A DNA stretch of 59,184 nt from Nanobdellota archaeon. GTDB lineage: Archaea; Nanobdellota; Nanobdellia; Parvarchaeales; Parvarchaeaceae. The first letter of the stretch is position 1; the number at the start of each line of letters is the position of its first letter. This document shows, one piece after another, positions 26,286-36,277 of the stretch. Location: positions 1-59,184 of the forward strand of contig JAJYRE010000020.1 in the NCBI GenBank assembly GCA_021794235.1, written 5' to 3'. The position numbers and the translations under genes were made by a program. A model generated the notes under the pieces. That model was not told the DNA's origin. It ran no database searches and was given only the letters and a program-made list of their open reading frames with translations.

Positions 26286-27974
26286 ATGCATCTTATGAAA
26301 TACAAATGGACGGTTCTTGCGAACACGACAATGGGCGGTCTGATGGCCTCTATAAATGCGACCATAATTCTTATCTCCCTTCCTTCCATATTCAGGGGTC
26401 TGAACGTGGATCCGACTTCTCCCGGAAACTTCACGCTTCTGCTGTGGGTGCTTCTCGGATATATGGTTGTAACAGCCTCCCTTCTGGTCTCCTTCGGAAG
26501 ACTCTCGGATGACAGAGGCAGGAAAAGATTCTATACAATCGGCTTCATAATTTTTGCATTAGCCTCGATAGCGCTGTCTCTAGTACCATACGGCTCCGGA
26601 GTGCCAGGAGTACTGATGATAGTCGTATTCCGGCTTGTGCAGGGGGTAGGAGGGGGCTTCATAATGGTAAACAGCACAGCACTGCTAACGGACGCGTTTC
26701 CTGACAATGAGCGCGGTAAAGCCCTAGGAACAAACCAGGTCTCCTTCCTTGCAGGGTCATTCATAGGCCTGGTGATCGGCGGTCTGCTGGCCCCGTTCGA
26801 TTTTCACCTGATATTTATAGTCAACATACCGTTCGCTGTCTTAGGCGCAGTATGGTCTTACTACAGACTCAGGGAGGAAAAAACGAAGCCACATAGAATG
26901 AACATAGACATTTTCGGCAACCTTTCGCTTTCTGCTGGTCTTATACTGCTGGCGTTGGGATTTACGTATGCACTTACTCCGTTCGGAAACAATTCGTTGG
27001 GGTGGGGCAATCCGTGGGTAATTGCCAGCTTTCTTTTAGGAACCGCCCTGCTTATATTATTCGTACCTCTTGAGAGAAAGGCGAAGTATCCGATATTCAA
27101 TCTGTCACTGTTCAGAAATCGGCAGTTCTCTTTTAGCTCACTTGCGCTTTTCCTGAGTGCACTTGCTAGGGGTGCAGTGATGTTTCTTGTAATAATTTGG
27201 CTCCAGGGGATCTATCTTCCGCTTCATGGCTATACGATAACACAGACGCCATTCTGGGCTGGAGTATTCATGGTGCCCTTGATGGTGGGTTTTATAGCAT
27301 TCGGTCCGATAAGCGGGATACTCACGGATAAGTTCGGTGCAAGATTATTCAGTACACTCGGTCTTATAATAAGTGCGGTCGGCCTTTTTCTCCTTTCTTC
27401 TTTTTCGGTCAATTTTGATTATCTGCAGTTCTCCATAGTCCTCTTTGTCATAGGTGCCGGCAACGGGCTGTTCGCCGCGCCAAACACCAAGCGTGCGATG
27501 GACGCATTGTCGTGGAAGGAGAGGGGCGTAGGAAACGGCATAAGGACCACATTTGCAAACATCGGACAGATGATAAGTATGGCTATGTTCTTTACGATAG
27601 CAATAACAGTATTTTCCTACACACTTCCTGCAGCAATGTCTGCACAGATGCAGTCTCTAGGGGTGCCTTCACAACTCGGCTCTGAGATCGCCTCTATACC
27701 TGCGTCATCATTCCTCTTTTCGGCGTTTTTGGGGATAAATCCTATCGGAACGATCATAAACTCTGCGCCACAATCAGTTATATCCACAATACCAAGCGCT
27801 TCACTGTCCATACTCAGGTCTGGTTCGTTCATACCAACCGTAATAGGGTCTCCGTTTATGCAGGGACTGCGCTTTTCATTGTATATAGGAATAATCATAC
27901 TAATCGCCGCAGCAGTCCTCTCTGCTATGACAAGACACCGTGTTATCAGTTCGGCAAAGAAGCATCAGGATTGA
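26286..27974 (+). CDS. MFS transporter, DHA2 (EmrB/QacA-like, ~14 TM)
   Basis: 562 aa and highly hydrophobic. Contains the MFS motif A-like GRLSDDRGRKRF and LVQGVGGGFIM. Confidence 0.85.
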   Translation: MHLMKYKWTVLANTTMGGLMASINATIILISLPSIFRGLNVDPTSPGNFTLLLWVLLGYMVVTASLLVSFGRLSDDRGRKRFYTIGFIIFALASIALSLVPYGSGVPGVLMIVVFRLVQGVGGGFIMVNSTALLTDAFPDNERGKALGTNQVSFLAGSFIGLVIGGLLAPFDFHLIFIVNIPFAVLGAVWSYYRLREEKTKPHRMNIDIFGNLSLSAGLILLALGFTYALTPFGNNSLGWGNPWVIASFLLGTALLILFVPLERKAKYPIFNLSLFRNRQFSFSSLALFLSALARGAVMFLVIIWLQGIYLPLHGYTITQTPFWAGVFMVPLMVGFIAFGPISGILTDKFGARLFSTLGLIISAVGLFLLSSFSVNFDYLQFSIVLFVIGAGNGLFAAPNTKRAMDALSWKERGVGNGIRTTFANIGQMISMAMFFTIAITVFSYTLPAAMSAQMQSLGVPSQLGSEIASIPASSFLFSAFLGINPIGTIINSAPQSVISTIPSASLSILRSGSFIPTVIGSPFMQGLRFSLYIGIIILIAAAVLSAMTRHRVISSAKKHQD

Positions 27975-28060
27975 CATCGTATCGAGTGAGTTTTATCTCA
28001 CAGAACACTTTAAATAACCATATACTTTAAATATTAAAATAAACTACTAATTTATGTAGT

Positions 28061-31000
28061 ATGATAAAAGGTAGTACTTCGAAATTTTATTTCACGGTGT
28101 TCCTGATATCGTTTTCTGCAATCTGTATACTGGCCGCCATATTCTCATTTTTTCCAAACTTGTATTCATCGTTTTTCAATAGCGCGGCTATGGGTAATTT
28201 TAGAGGCGTCTTAACACCATTCCTAGTTGTCGGTGTTTGTCCTCAGGGAACTTCAGGATACTTATATTCGGAATCCGGTTTGCCGAGCGGTATGACGTGG
28301 AAACTAGTTGCAAACGGGAATACATATTCAGCATCTGCTGGAAGTTCAATTACAGTGTGTTCATCCAGTAGCCCCTCCTTTACGGTTCCTACACTCTCTC
28401 AGACCAGCAACTGCACTAAGACCACTTACACACCCTCCCCCTCTTCCGGAAGTGGAGCAGCTACCATCACATACAGCTCTTCACAGTCTTCCTCTGCACC
28501 GGTCATAACGCTATATCTAAACGGTAAATCCAATTCAAACAATTCCATCACATACGGAAAAACCTCATTATTCAATTCTACGATAACATGCAGCGCAAAA
28601 GTAGAAATATCTATTAACGGTACTGTTATCGCCCCATTATCTACTGGGAGCAGCAATTACTCTAAAGTCATGTCCGTAGGCTTGTACAAGGTTACAGCCG
28701 CATCTAACACATCAGGAGTTACAAATGTAACCTACTACGAAAATATTACAAAAGCCGCGCCTTCGATCAGTCTGACCGCTCTACCAGGAAACTTTACATA
28801 CAACGGGACTTATGAAAACATAACTGGAATTTTGACAGGAAATACTGGGAATGTTATTGCCGCTTCGATGTACATAAACAGTGCAGCATTTAAGACCGCT
28901 GCAGCGGGAGGTACAAACGGCTCAGCCAAGATAACTTATCTAAATTCTTCAGTGGGAACTTACACAGTCATTTTTAACACTTCTGGAAATCAGAACTACA
29001 CGAGCGCTTCGCGTGAAGTAACGGCAGTGGTATCGCAAAGGCCTCCGACTACATCATTGTACCTGAATGGTGTACTGAACGCCAACTCCAGCATAGGTTA
29101 TGGAACGAAATCAAATTTTACTGCAAATATATCAAACAGCAGCGATTTTGTGGGCATCTATATAAACGGCACGCTAACAGTGCCCCTCACAAAAAGTAAG
29201 GCCGTTTATACGAGTGTACTAAATGCAAGTGTGTACAAAGTAACTTTATTCTCCAACACCAGCGGGGTGTCCAATGAGACATTCTACCAGACCGTAAGCA
29301 GGGTCATAAACTATCTAAATCTGTCGGCCTCGCCTGGAAACTTTACATACAACGGGACTGATGAAAACATAACAGCAAGGTTAACTACGTCACTTCCTGG
29401 GCAGCAACCGTTAGCGGGTGTTTACATCAACGGCAGGAGTATAGGAAATACATCGACAAGCCTGACATACCAAAATGCATCGGGAGGAACCTATTTAGTC
29501 GTAATAAACTATTCAGGTAACCAGAATTATGCTCCGGACAGCGTGACGCTGACAGATATCATAGCTAAGGCTAGTCCGTCGCTTTCGCTAACGTCGTCTC
29601 CAAACCAGAACTTCACACAGAACGGAACATATCTAATATATCATATCGGCATATCTTCTGTCAATAGCCAGCTTACAGCTAAACTCTACATAAACGGCTC
29701 ATACAAGGCTTCTACAAACTCAAGCAACCAGTACAACATCTCGGACGCAGTGGGAAGCTTCTCGGGAGTACTCAATACCAGTGGCAACAGAAATTATGAG
29801 CCCGGTTCGGTTAATCTGTCAAGAACAATTTATCCTAACATCCCACAGGAGATTTCTCTGTACATAAACGGTGCAAAGGATTCAAACTCTTCAGTAACAT
29901 ACGGCGCCAAAAGCTCGTTTACAGCCAATCTGACCAGAGGTACGGCATACCTCGGTTTAATCTTGGATGGAAGGGTGATTATACCTCTTAAAAACGGTAC
30001 CATAAACTACTCGGTGATGCTGGCTGCCAGTAATTACAGGGTTACAGTTTTCACAAATGACACATCACTGAATAACGTTACGTATTACCAGAATATCAAA
30101 AAGGCCACACCGTTTCTGTACCTGTTTACACAACCTGGAAACTTTACATACAACGGGACACGTGAGATAATCTCTGGTAGAATATCAAGCCTCGACAACC
30201 AGCTTTTAGGCGTCTTGAACGTGAGTGATCACTTTATTCCTACAGTCTATTCCGCTGTATACTCAAACGCATCGGCCGGCAGGTACTTTGCAAAGTTCTA
30301 CACATATGGAGATGATAACTATACTGCCATGTCTTTAAACAAATCCGTGGTAGTTTTGAAGGGTGTTATAGAACAGACTCTGGCGGCTTTTCCGTCCGAC
30401 CACTACATCTACGATTCTCTGCCACCCACTATACAGGATACTCTGACAAGTGTCGTATACGCAGGAAACAATATAGTCTTACATCTTTACAATGATTCTG
30501 TGTACACTGGTTTGAGTGCAAAACCAGGTCAGGCTACAACGTTCAATTTCTCACAATTACCTTCCAATTATTCTGTTGGGGGATCATATTATTACAACGT
30601 GCCTTCAGTCAGCGATGAAAACTACACTATACTGCAGAGCAACACGTTGCATGTCAACATAACCAGTAGGGTTAATGAAACTATCAGGCTTGTTAACAAC
30701 AGCATTGCCAATATAACCATCTCATTTATCAAGGACAACAGAAGCCTGACAATAAATGTGTCAAAGATACTTCCCTCAACCGGGATAGTCATACCAGTAA
30801 GATTCGGACCCATTTCCCCGCTGAGCAGCATCGTGTTATCCGCAAACAAGTCTGCAGAATTCCCATACATAAAAATATCGGAGGTCAGCAACGAGAGTTG
30901 CAGCGGTACAGCCCCTGTAAATTCGCTTTATAACTTCACAGTCCTTTCTCCACTCGATTACAATCACACACTCAACGGCGTAGTATACAACTTTAAGCTC

Positions 31001-31630
31001 AGGAACGGTGATCTGCTCAGTAAGAACGCGATTTTTTCCTCTATCACCCTGTACAAATGCAACACGACACTTGGCAAGTATATTCCTCTGAAGACAAACA
31101 GGACGTCCTACAACCTTACCTATGAGAGCTACAACGCGGCATCCTCTGGATTCTCTATGTACTACATGGGCTTTTCGTCCTACAGTGTGCCAAATGTGGT
31201 CTTCCAGGAAACCGGTCTTCCCGCGGACGAGATTTGGTCCATAAACTACAGCAATTCTACGGCATACAACTATTCTAATTCATCGATATCCTACCCGCTA
31301 TCCGATAAGACCAGCGGTTTCAATGTATACCCGATAAGCTTTACGGCGTTCGTGAACTCTATAAAGTGCGAGGTAACTTACAGTCCGGATCCGGCATCCG
31401 GTAATATCCCTCCTTCGAACACTTCGCAGTACATAGAGGTTCATTTTATAAAGAGCAGCTATTGCGCTACATCTCCGCCTACTGGACAGGCGCTTCCGCC
31501 GATATTCTATTCCAATGTGTTTGATCTTGAGATTGCGATACTTATTGCGGTCATTGTAATAGGCGCTATAGCGTTACGGGGATCCAAAAAGAGACGAGTC
31601 AGAAATTCTAACAGACGCAGGGGCCACTGA
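28061..31630 (+). CDS. large repeat-built surface glycoprotein candidate with C-terminal TM anchor
   Basis: 1189 aa. N-terminal signal/anchor, three tandem ~180-270-aa modules (LYLNG.../PGNFTYNGT...), about one NxS/T sequon every 10-15 aa, terminal TM (LEIAILIAVIVIGAIAL) and basic tail KKRRVRNSNRRRGH. Confidence 0.75.
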   Translation: MIKGSTSKFYFTVFLISFSAICILAAIFSFFPNLYSSFFNSAAMGNFRGVLTPFLVVGVCPQGTSGYLYSESGLPSGMTWKLVANGNTYSASAGSSITVCSSSSPSFTVPTLSQTSNCTKTTYTPSPSSGSGAATITYSSSQSSSAPVITLYLNGKSNSNNSITYGKTSLFNSTITCSAKVEISINGTVIAPLSTGSSNYSKVMSVGLYKVTAASNTSGVTNVTYYENITKAAPSISLTALPGNFTYNGTYENITGILTGNTGNVIAASMYINSAAFKTAAAGGTNGSAKITYLNSSVGTYTVIFNTSGNQNYTSASREVTAVVSQRPPTTSLYLNGVLNANSSIGYGTKSNFTANISNSSDFVGIYINGTLTVPLTKSKAVYTSVLNASVYKVTLFSNTSGVSNETFYQTVSRVINYLNLSASPGNFTYNGTDENITARLTTSLPGQQPLAGVYINGRSIGNTSTSLTYQNASGGTYLVVINYSGNQNYAPDSVTLTDIIAKASPSLSLTSSPNQNFTQNGTYLIYHIGISSVNSQLTAKLYINGSYKASTNSSNQYNISDAVGSFSGVLNTSGNRNYEPGSVNLSRTIYPNIPQEISLYINGAKDSNSSVTYGAKSSFTANLTRGTAYLGLILDGRVIIPLKNGTINYSVMLAASNYRVTVFTNDTSLNNVTYYQNIKKATPFLYLFTQPGNFTYNGTREIISGRISSLDNQLLGVLNVSDHFIPTVYSAVYSNASAGRYFAKFYTYGDDNYTAMSLNKSVVVLKGVIEQTLAAFPSDHYIYDSLPPTIQDTLTSVVYAGNNIVLHLYNDSVYTGLSAKPGQATTFNFSQLPSNYSVGGSYYYNVPSVSDENYTILQSNTLHVNITSRVNETIRLVNNSIANITISFIKDNRSLTINVSKILPSTGIVIPVRFGPISPLSSIVLSANKSAEFPYIKISEVSNESCSGTAPVNSLYNFTVLSPLDYNHTLNGVVYNFKLRNGDLLSKNAIFSSITLYKCNTTLGKYIPLKTNRTSYNLTYESYNAASSGFSMYYMGFSSYSVPNVVFQETGLPADEIWSINYSNSTAYNYSNSSISYPLSDKTSGFNVYPISFTAFVNSIKCEVTYSPDPASGNIPPSNTSQYIEVHFIKSSYCATSPPTGQALPPIFYSNVFDLEIAILIAVIVIGAIALRGSKKRRVRNSNRRRGH
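28787..28809 (+). repeat. 23-nt exact intragenic repeat, copy 1 (GGAAACTTTACATACAACGGGAC)
   Basis: Encodes GNFTYNGT. Identical at 29336..29358 and 30137..30159. Confidence 0.9.
29336..29358 (+). repeat. 23-nt exact intragenic repeat, copy 2
   Basis: Identical string to 28787..28809. Confidence 0.9.
30137..30159 (+). repeat. 23-nt exact intragenic repeat, copy 3
   Basis: Identical string to 28787..28809. Confidence 0.9.
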
Positions 31631-31679
31631 ACTTCCCAAAGGTATCGGATGGTGCCTTTTGCGAATACACTTATAAGTT

Positions 31680-32984
31680 ATGCAGTCCATTACTAATGAA
31701 TGTGCGAACTGTCAAAAAACATGTTTGCTTGCGCAGGTTTTGTTAGTCAGGTCGGTTTCTATGGGGGCTGACAGCAGTTATCTCGAATCCGTTCTGTTTG
31801 AGGGCAAGAAAGGCGGCGCTTCAAAATTATTAGACAGTCTGGACGGAATAGAATTGCGAATTTCCGAGATGGATGGCAAGAAACTGATCAGTTCCCAAAA
31901 ATATATTAGCCTTTTCCGCCGTAAGCGAACGGGCGTTCTGACAGATAAGATTTTAGAGAGGGGTCCTACCGATGACATATATGTGTGTGTTATGCCCAGG
32001 TCCAGGGCCGAGACGTATTACAGGGTAGAAAACGACAGGATAGTCCGGATGAAGGCGGATTTTGAACTTCCTTCATCTTATCGCCGCGCCGGGCCCTCAG
32101 TTAGGCAGATGGAACGGTTCCTTTCCGATGAACCGACTGAAAGACGTTTGAATCTGGACTTCGATAGAAGAAGGATGAGGCCTTCACCATTTAGTTCCAT
32201 GTACATCCAGTCGGTATCTACAATAGGGTTTTTTATTAGCAGTATAGGTCTTGAGAATTATCTTACACCGTCGTTGCTGACAGATAGTCTTACAGCGCTA
32301 CCTCTTATATTCGCGGATGTGCTGGCTTATGTCGGAATCAGTACATATGCACTGCCTTTGCTAACAAAATCTGTTAAGCAGAGCGCGGATAAGCTAAGAG
32401 AAAGCGCGAAATCCGCCGGCGTAAACTTCAAACGGATGTTTATAATGCCTTCCAGAGAGGAAAATGCCATGACGCTCCCGGATAATTCTATAATACTGAC
32501 ATCGGGAATAGTTGAAGCTCAGAGTCCGGAAGAACTTATGGGGACGATATTCCATGAGTTGGGGCACGTTAAGAAAAGGCACTTCGTAAAGAATATATCC
32601 ATAGCCGCGGGATATCTCTTAACGTCCTTAGTAGCCAGCTCAATTGCCGGTGCAACCACACAGACTCTTTTGCCGGCATTTATAGGCGCTACCGCCGCGT
32701 ATATCGCATCAATCCGCTCTGTACAGAGAAAATTTGAATACGATGCGGACAAGTTCGCGGATTTAAACGGATACGGTCATGGCCTGGTGTACGGTCTCGC
32801 AAAGATCACCGGAAAGCTGGACTTTTACAGGAAAGGCAGTCATCCCTCTACATACAATAGGATAAAAAAGCTTGGTTTTAGACCGGAAAATGTGATGTCC
32901 GATATCGGAATTCACAGGGAGGATGTGTCAGACAGAGTGGATATTGACATAACGACTGTGGAGGAAGGCCGGGATAATCAATAA
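31680..32984 (+). CDS. M48-family (HtpX/Ste24-like) zinc metallopeptidase with N-terminal extension
   Basis: HELGHVKKRH zinc motif, flanking TM segments, and downstream EYDADKFA (third ligand region). The start could be Met28 (31761). Confidence 0.7.
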   Translation: MQSITNECANCQKTCLLAQVLLVRSVSMGADSSYLESVLFEGKKGGASKLLDSLDGIELRISEMDGKKLISSQKYISLFRRKRTGVLTDKILERGPTDDIYVCVMPRSRAETYYRVENDRIVRMKADFELPSSYRRAGPSVRQMERFLSDEPTERRLNLDFDRRRMRPSPFSSMYIQSVSTIGFFISSIGLENYLTPSLLTDSLTALPLIFADVLAYVGISTYALPLLTKSVKQSADKLRESAKSAGVNFKRMFIMPSREENAMTLPDNSIILTSGIVEAQSPEELMGTIFHELGHVKKRHFVKNISIAAGYLLTSLVASSIAGATTQTLLPAFIGATAAYIASIRSVQRKFEYDADKFADLNGYGHGLVYGLAKITGKLDFYRKGSHPSTYNRIKKLGFRPENVMSDIGIHREDVSDRVDIDITTVEEGRDNQ

Positions 32985-33036
32985 AAGCTGTAATATCCCA
33001 TCATATTCTTATATACTAAAACGGCAATCTTAGGTT

Positions 33037-35718
33037 ATGGCTGTAGAAGGTACCATTATAGTTGCAAATCCCGGAACAGGGAAAACAACAGCTCTGGCCG
33101 AACGTGTTGTCGAGCTTCTAAAATCCGGCGTAAAGGAGGAGGATATCCTCTGCATAACATTCACGACGAAGGCAGCTGAGGAGATGCGCCAGAGAATAGA
33201 TTCTAAGATAAACGAAGCGGGTCTGACTGGAGCTAAACCCTACCTGATAAATGTACACACATTCCACAATTTTACATATGAGTATCTCCTCGAAACGAAA
33301 GGAGAGCACAGGATACTGTCCGAGAACCCCCTGCGCTACGCCGTATTCAAGAGTCTGGAGAAAAACAAAGTCTTCACATACGGAGAGGACTACATCGTGG
33401 GTGACATCCTTCCAAAAATAGTAAACGCGATCAGATATCTCAAAAGTTTCGGGATACTGCCGCCAAGCATAGAGTCCGAAAAATCGAAGAGGGAACTGGT
33501 GGATATATACAATAAGGAGGGGATAAAGAACGTCACGGAGGACGAGATACTGGCTCTTTTTGATTATTTTATAGAGGCGTTTAAGGACTACGAGTCTTTC
33601 AAACCGGCAAACTCTATCGACTATATAGATATGCTGCTGAATTTCGTGCAGAACTACGATGGCAGGATTATGCACTACAAGTACGTGCTCGTCGATGAGC
33701 TGCAGGATGTGAACAATCTGGAGGCAAAGATAGCCCTGGAGGTAGGTGACAACCTATTTCTGGTGGGCGACAGGAAACAGGCTATATTCGGCTTTCAAGG
33801 AGGTAGTATCGGCAACTTTAGAAAGTTCGAAGAACTGGATGGAATGAAGAAACTCAAGAAGGGGATAAATCACAGGAGTGCACAGGTGATACTGGACTAT
33901 GCGAAGGAGCACTTTCTGAAGAACAGCTCCGATCCAACGTATGAGGATGAACTGAGCATACTCAAAAGCAGCAAGGACATCAGCGGAGAAGTGTCCCTTA
34001 TCGTCTCAAAAAACCCGTTAAACGCCGCGGTGAAAAAGCTTTCAGCCATACCGGAAAACGAGAAATGTGCGGTGATAACCAGAACGAACAGTCAGCTGCT
34101 GGAGCTGTCAAAACTGCTCGATTCAAAAAACATAGAATACACAACAACCGTAAGTGCATCCGTTTCCGTAGACGCCAAAAAGAGCATAATAGCATTCTTG
34201 AAGGGGCTGCTTTACAGCGACAAGGACACCGTAATAAACGCGCTGTTCACCCCATTTTCCGGTATTTCCCTCAGAGAAGCCTTCGGAATATCAGAAAGAT
34301 TCCATGGAAACGGCAGGACCACAGAGCAGGTACTTGCAGAAGCCAAATCTTTCGCATCATTAAGGGAAAAAAGCTACGACTTTCCGTCAATTTTTGAGAT
34401 ATTCGATACGATTATAATGCCCATATCCGTAACTATTGGAAAAGACTACTTCGCGACTGCGTCCGCGCTGCTTAAAAACATAAAGGAGGCTTTTGACACC
34501 CTTCAGGAGCCTTCCAGGGATGACCTTTTCCTGTATCTTGGAATGACGGCAGACAACTATGAGTCGATGGGCAGAGAGAACAGGGTAACTCTGACGACAG
34601 TACACAAAGCCAAAGGACTGGAATTTGACGACGTAATCTATATCCCGAAGAAGATAGCCGAAAGTATAAGCATGATAGACGCGATAGTCTATGCGATAAT
34701 AAGGAGCACCACCGGCATAGACGCCAGGGAGGAGCTTTTGGAAGAGCACCTGCGTATCGATTTCGTATCTTTTACGAGAGCAAAGAAGAACCTTTACATA
34801 TGCACTTCCAGCGATCTCGAGAGCAGATACCTTCTGGAGAATACCAAAAAAGAGATAGTTAACGACGACACGGAGATAGCACCGGCGTCCGGAAAGTATA
34901 ATGAGGCGTATGCCATGTTTGTAAACGGGAGGTATGATGAGGCGAAGAAGGAACTTACATCATCGGATAGGTGGCTCCCGTATCTGATAGGTTCATACTT
35001 CAAAGGCATAAAAAAAGTCTCATACAGTGCCGCCGAAAGCTTTTCCAGGGACCCGTTCTCTTTTCTTGAGGCCAATATAATGAAGCTGTCCAATGAATCA
35101 GAAGCCATGGAACTCGGAACGTCGGTACACGCGATGGCCGAAGGCATGTTCAAAGGCTCTTTGGATGAGGAATCGATAGAGCCGGGCATGGGAGGATATC
35201 TCCGGAACATAAAAGAAATAGACAGACGGCTTTCCGCCATGGGGATGAAGGAAGTCGCCGCGGAGAGGAGAATAGAGCTGCCTTTGAAAAAAGTGTTCCC
35301 TTCAGTAAAAGAAGACATAATAACCGTTGCAAAAATAGACGCAGTTTACAGGTCTGAAGACGGCAAATATCTTCTACTCGATTACAAGACGGATAAAACG
35401 AACGATAGATCCAGCGAGCACAGAAGACAGCTGGCATTTTATAAAAAAGTGTTTGCAGTGGCAGACGGGATAGACGAGGAAAAGATAGAGGTAGCTCTCG
35501 GTTTCGTAGGCCTGAGAGGGAAAATAAACACAGAGAAACTCGATTCCGAGCTGGATCTGGCGCAGCCTAAGAAAAAACAGATAGATACGGTTGAGAGTCA
35601 TTTTTCCGGGTTTTTACAGTCAATATCCGAACCGGATTCCTTCATTGAAAGGCTGAAATCAAAGCCGATAAAGGGAAACCTGCTGTATGACAGGGTAGTG
35701 GCAGAACTGAACAGGTAG
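33037..35718 (+). CDS. UvrD/PcrA-type SF1 helicase fused to a C-terminal RecB-family PD-(D/E)XK nuclease
   Basis: Helicase motifs: VANPGTGKTT (I), ITFTTKAAEEM, VLVDELQDVN (II), LVGDRKQAIFGFQG (III), TTVHKAKGLEFDDV (V/VI region). C-terminal nuclease motifs: GTSVH, KIDAVY, LLDYKTDK, RRQLAFY. No Cys cluster. Confidence 0.85.
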   Translation: MAVEGTIIVANPGTGKTTALAERVVELLKSGVKEEDILCITFTTKAAEEMRQRIDSKINEAGLTGAKPYLINVHTFHNFTYEYLLETKGEHRILSENPLRYAVFKSLEKNKVFTYGEDYIVGDILPKIVNAIRYLKSFGILPPSIESEKSKRELVDIYNKEGIKNVTEDEILALFDYFIEAFKDYESFKPANSIDYIDMLLNFVQNYDGRIMHYKYVLVDELQDVNNLEAKIALEVGDNLFLVGDRKQAIFGFQGGSIGNFRKFEELDGMKKLKKGINHRSAQVILDYAKEHFLKNSSDPTYEDELSILKSSKDISGEVSLIVSKNPLNAAVKKLSAIPENEKCAVITRTNSQLLELSKLLDSKNIEYTTTVSASVSVDAKKSIIAFLKGLLYSDKDTVINALFTPFSGISLREAFGISERFHGNGRTTEQVLAEAKSFASLREKSYDFPSIFEIFDTIIMPISVTIGKDYFATASALLKNIKEAFDTLQEPSRDDLFLYLGMTADNYESMGRENRVTLTTVHKAKGLEFDDVIYIPKKIAESISMIDAIVYAIIRSTTGIDAREELLEEHLRIDFVSFTRAKKNLYICTSSDLESRYLLENTKKEIVNDDTEIAPASGKYNEAYAMFVNGRYDEAKKELTSSDRWLPYLIGSYFKGIKKVSYSAAESFSRDPFSFLEANIMKLSNESEAMELGTSVHAMAEGMFKGSLDEESIEPGMGGYLRNIKEIDRRLSAMGMKEVAAERRIELPLKKVFPSVKEDIITVAKIDAVYRSEDGKYLLLDYKTDKTNDRSSEHRRQLAFYKKVFAVADGIDEEKIEVALGFVGLRGKINTEKLDSELDLAQPKKKQIDTVESHFSGFLQSISEPDSFIERLKSKPIKGNLLYDRVVAELNR

Positions 35719-35725
35719 CGTTTAA

Positions 35726-36277
35726 TCAGCGAATTTCATCTTTTGAAGCATATCTCGCGACAGAATATACGTCGTATCCATTAAGATCCTCTCTTCCGTG
35801 CATGTACTCCAGTTCCGCAACAAAAGCCACTCCTACGATATCCCCCTTTAACTCACCAATTATCCTCGTGGCAGCGGAGGCGGTCCCGCCGGTCGCCAGG
35901 GTATCGTCCACTATCAGAACGCGTTCACCCTCCTTTATGCTGTCCCTGTGCATTTCGAGCGTGGCAGTTCCGTACTCCAGGGAAAATGTCTCGCTTATCT
36001 TCTCACCCGGTAGTTTTCCGGCTTTTCTTGCCAGGACGAATCCAGCGCCCAGCTCGTAAGCCACCTGTGATCCGGTTATAAACCCCCTCGCCTCTATCCC
36101 GACTACCTTATCTACGTTCCTGCCCCTGTACACGTCGGCTATATTCTTTGCGGTTAGTTTCATAAGTTCCGGATCCATCCAGATTGTGGTAAGATCCAGG
36201 AAATTCACGCCCTTAGTCGGGAAATCGTGTACTATTCTGATGTTCCTCTTTATCATGTCTGAAATTTCGTCGGTCAT
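35726..36277 (-). CDS. apt: adenine phosphoribosyltransferase
   Basis: PRPP-binding loop VLIVDDTLATGGTA, plus FPTKGVNFLD and GIEARGF. Confidence 0.9.
   Translation of the reverse strand: MTDEISDMIKRNIRIVHDFPTKGVNFLDLTTIWMDPELMKLTAKNIADVYRGRNVDKVVGIEARGFITGSQVAYELGAGFVLARKAGKLPGEKISETFSLEYGTATLEMHRDSIKEGERVLIVDDTLATGGTASAATRIIGELKGDIVGVAFVAELEYMHGREDLNGYDVYSVARYASKDEIR

Noticed and set aside
33118-35601. Multiple 65-185-aa minus-strand ORFs inside the helicase-nuclease gene.
   Set aside because: They are shadow ORFs. The plus-strand frame carries all the SF1 and RecB motifs.
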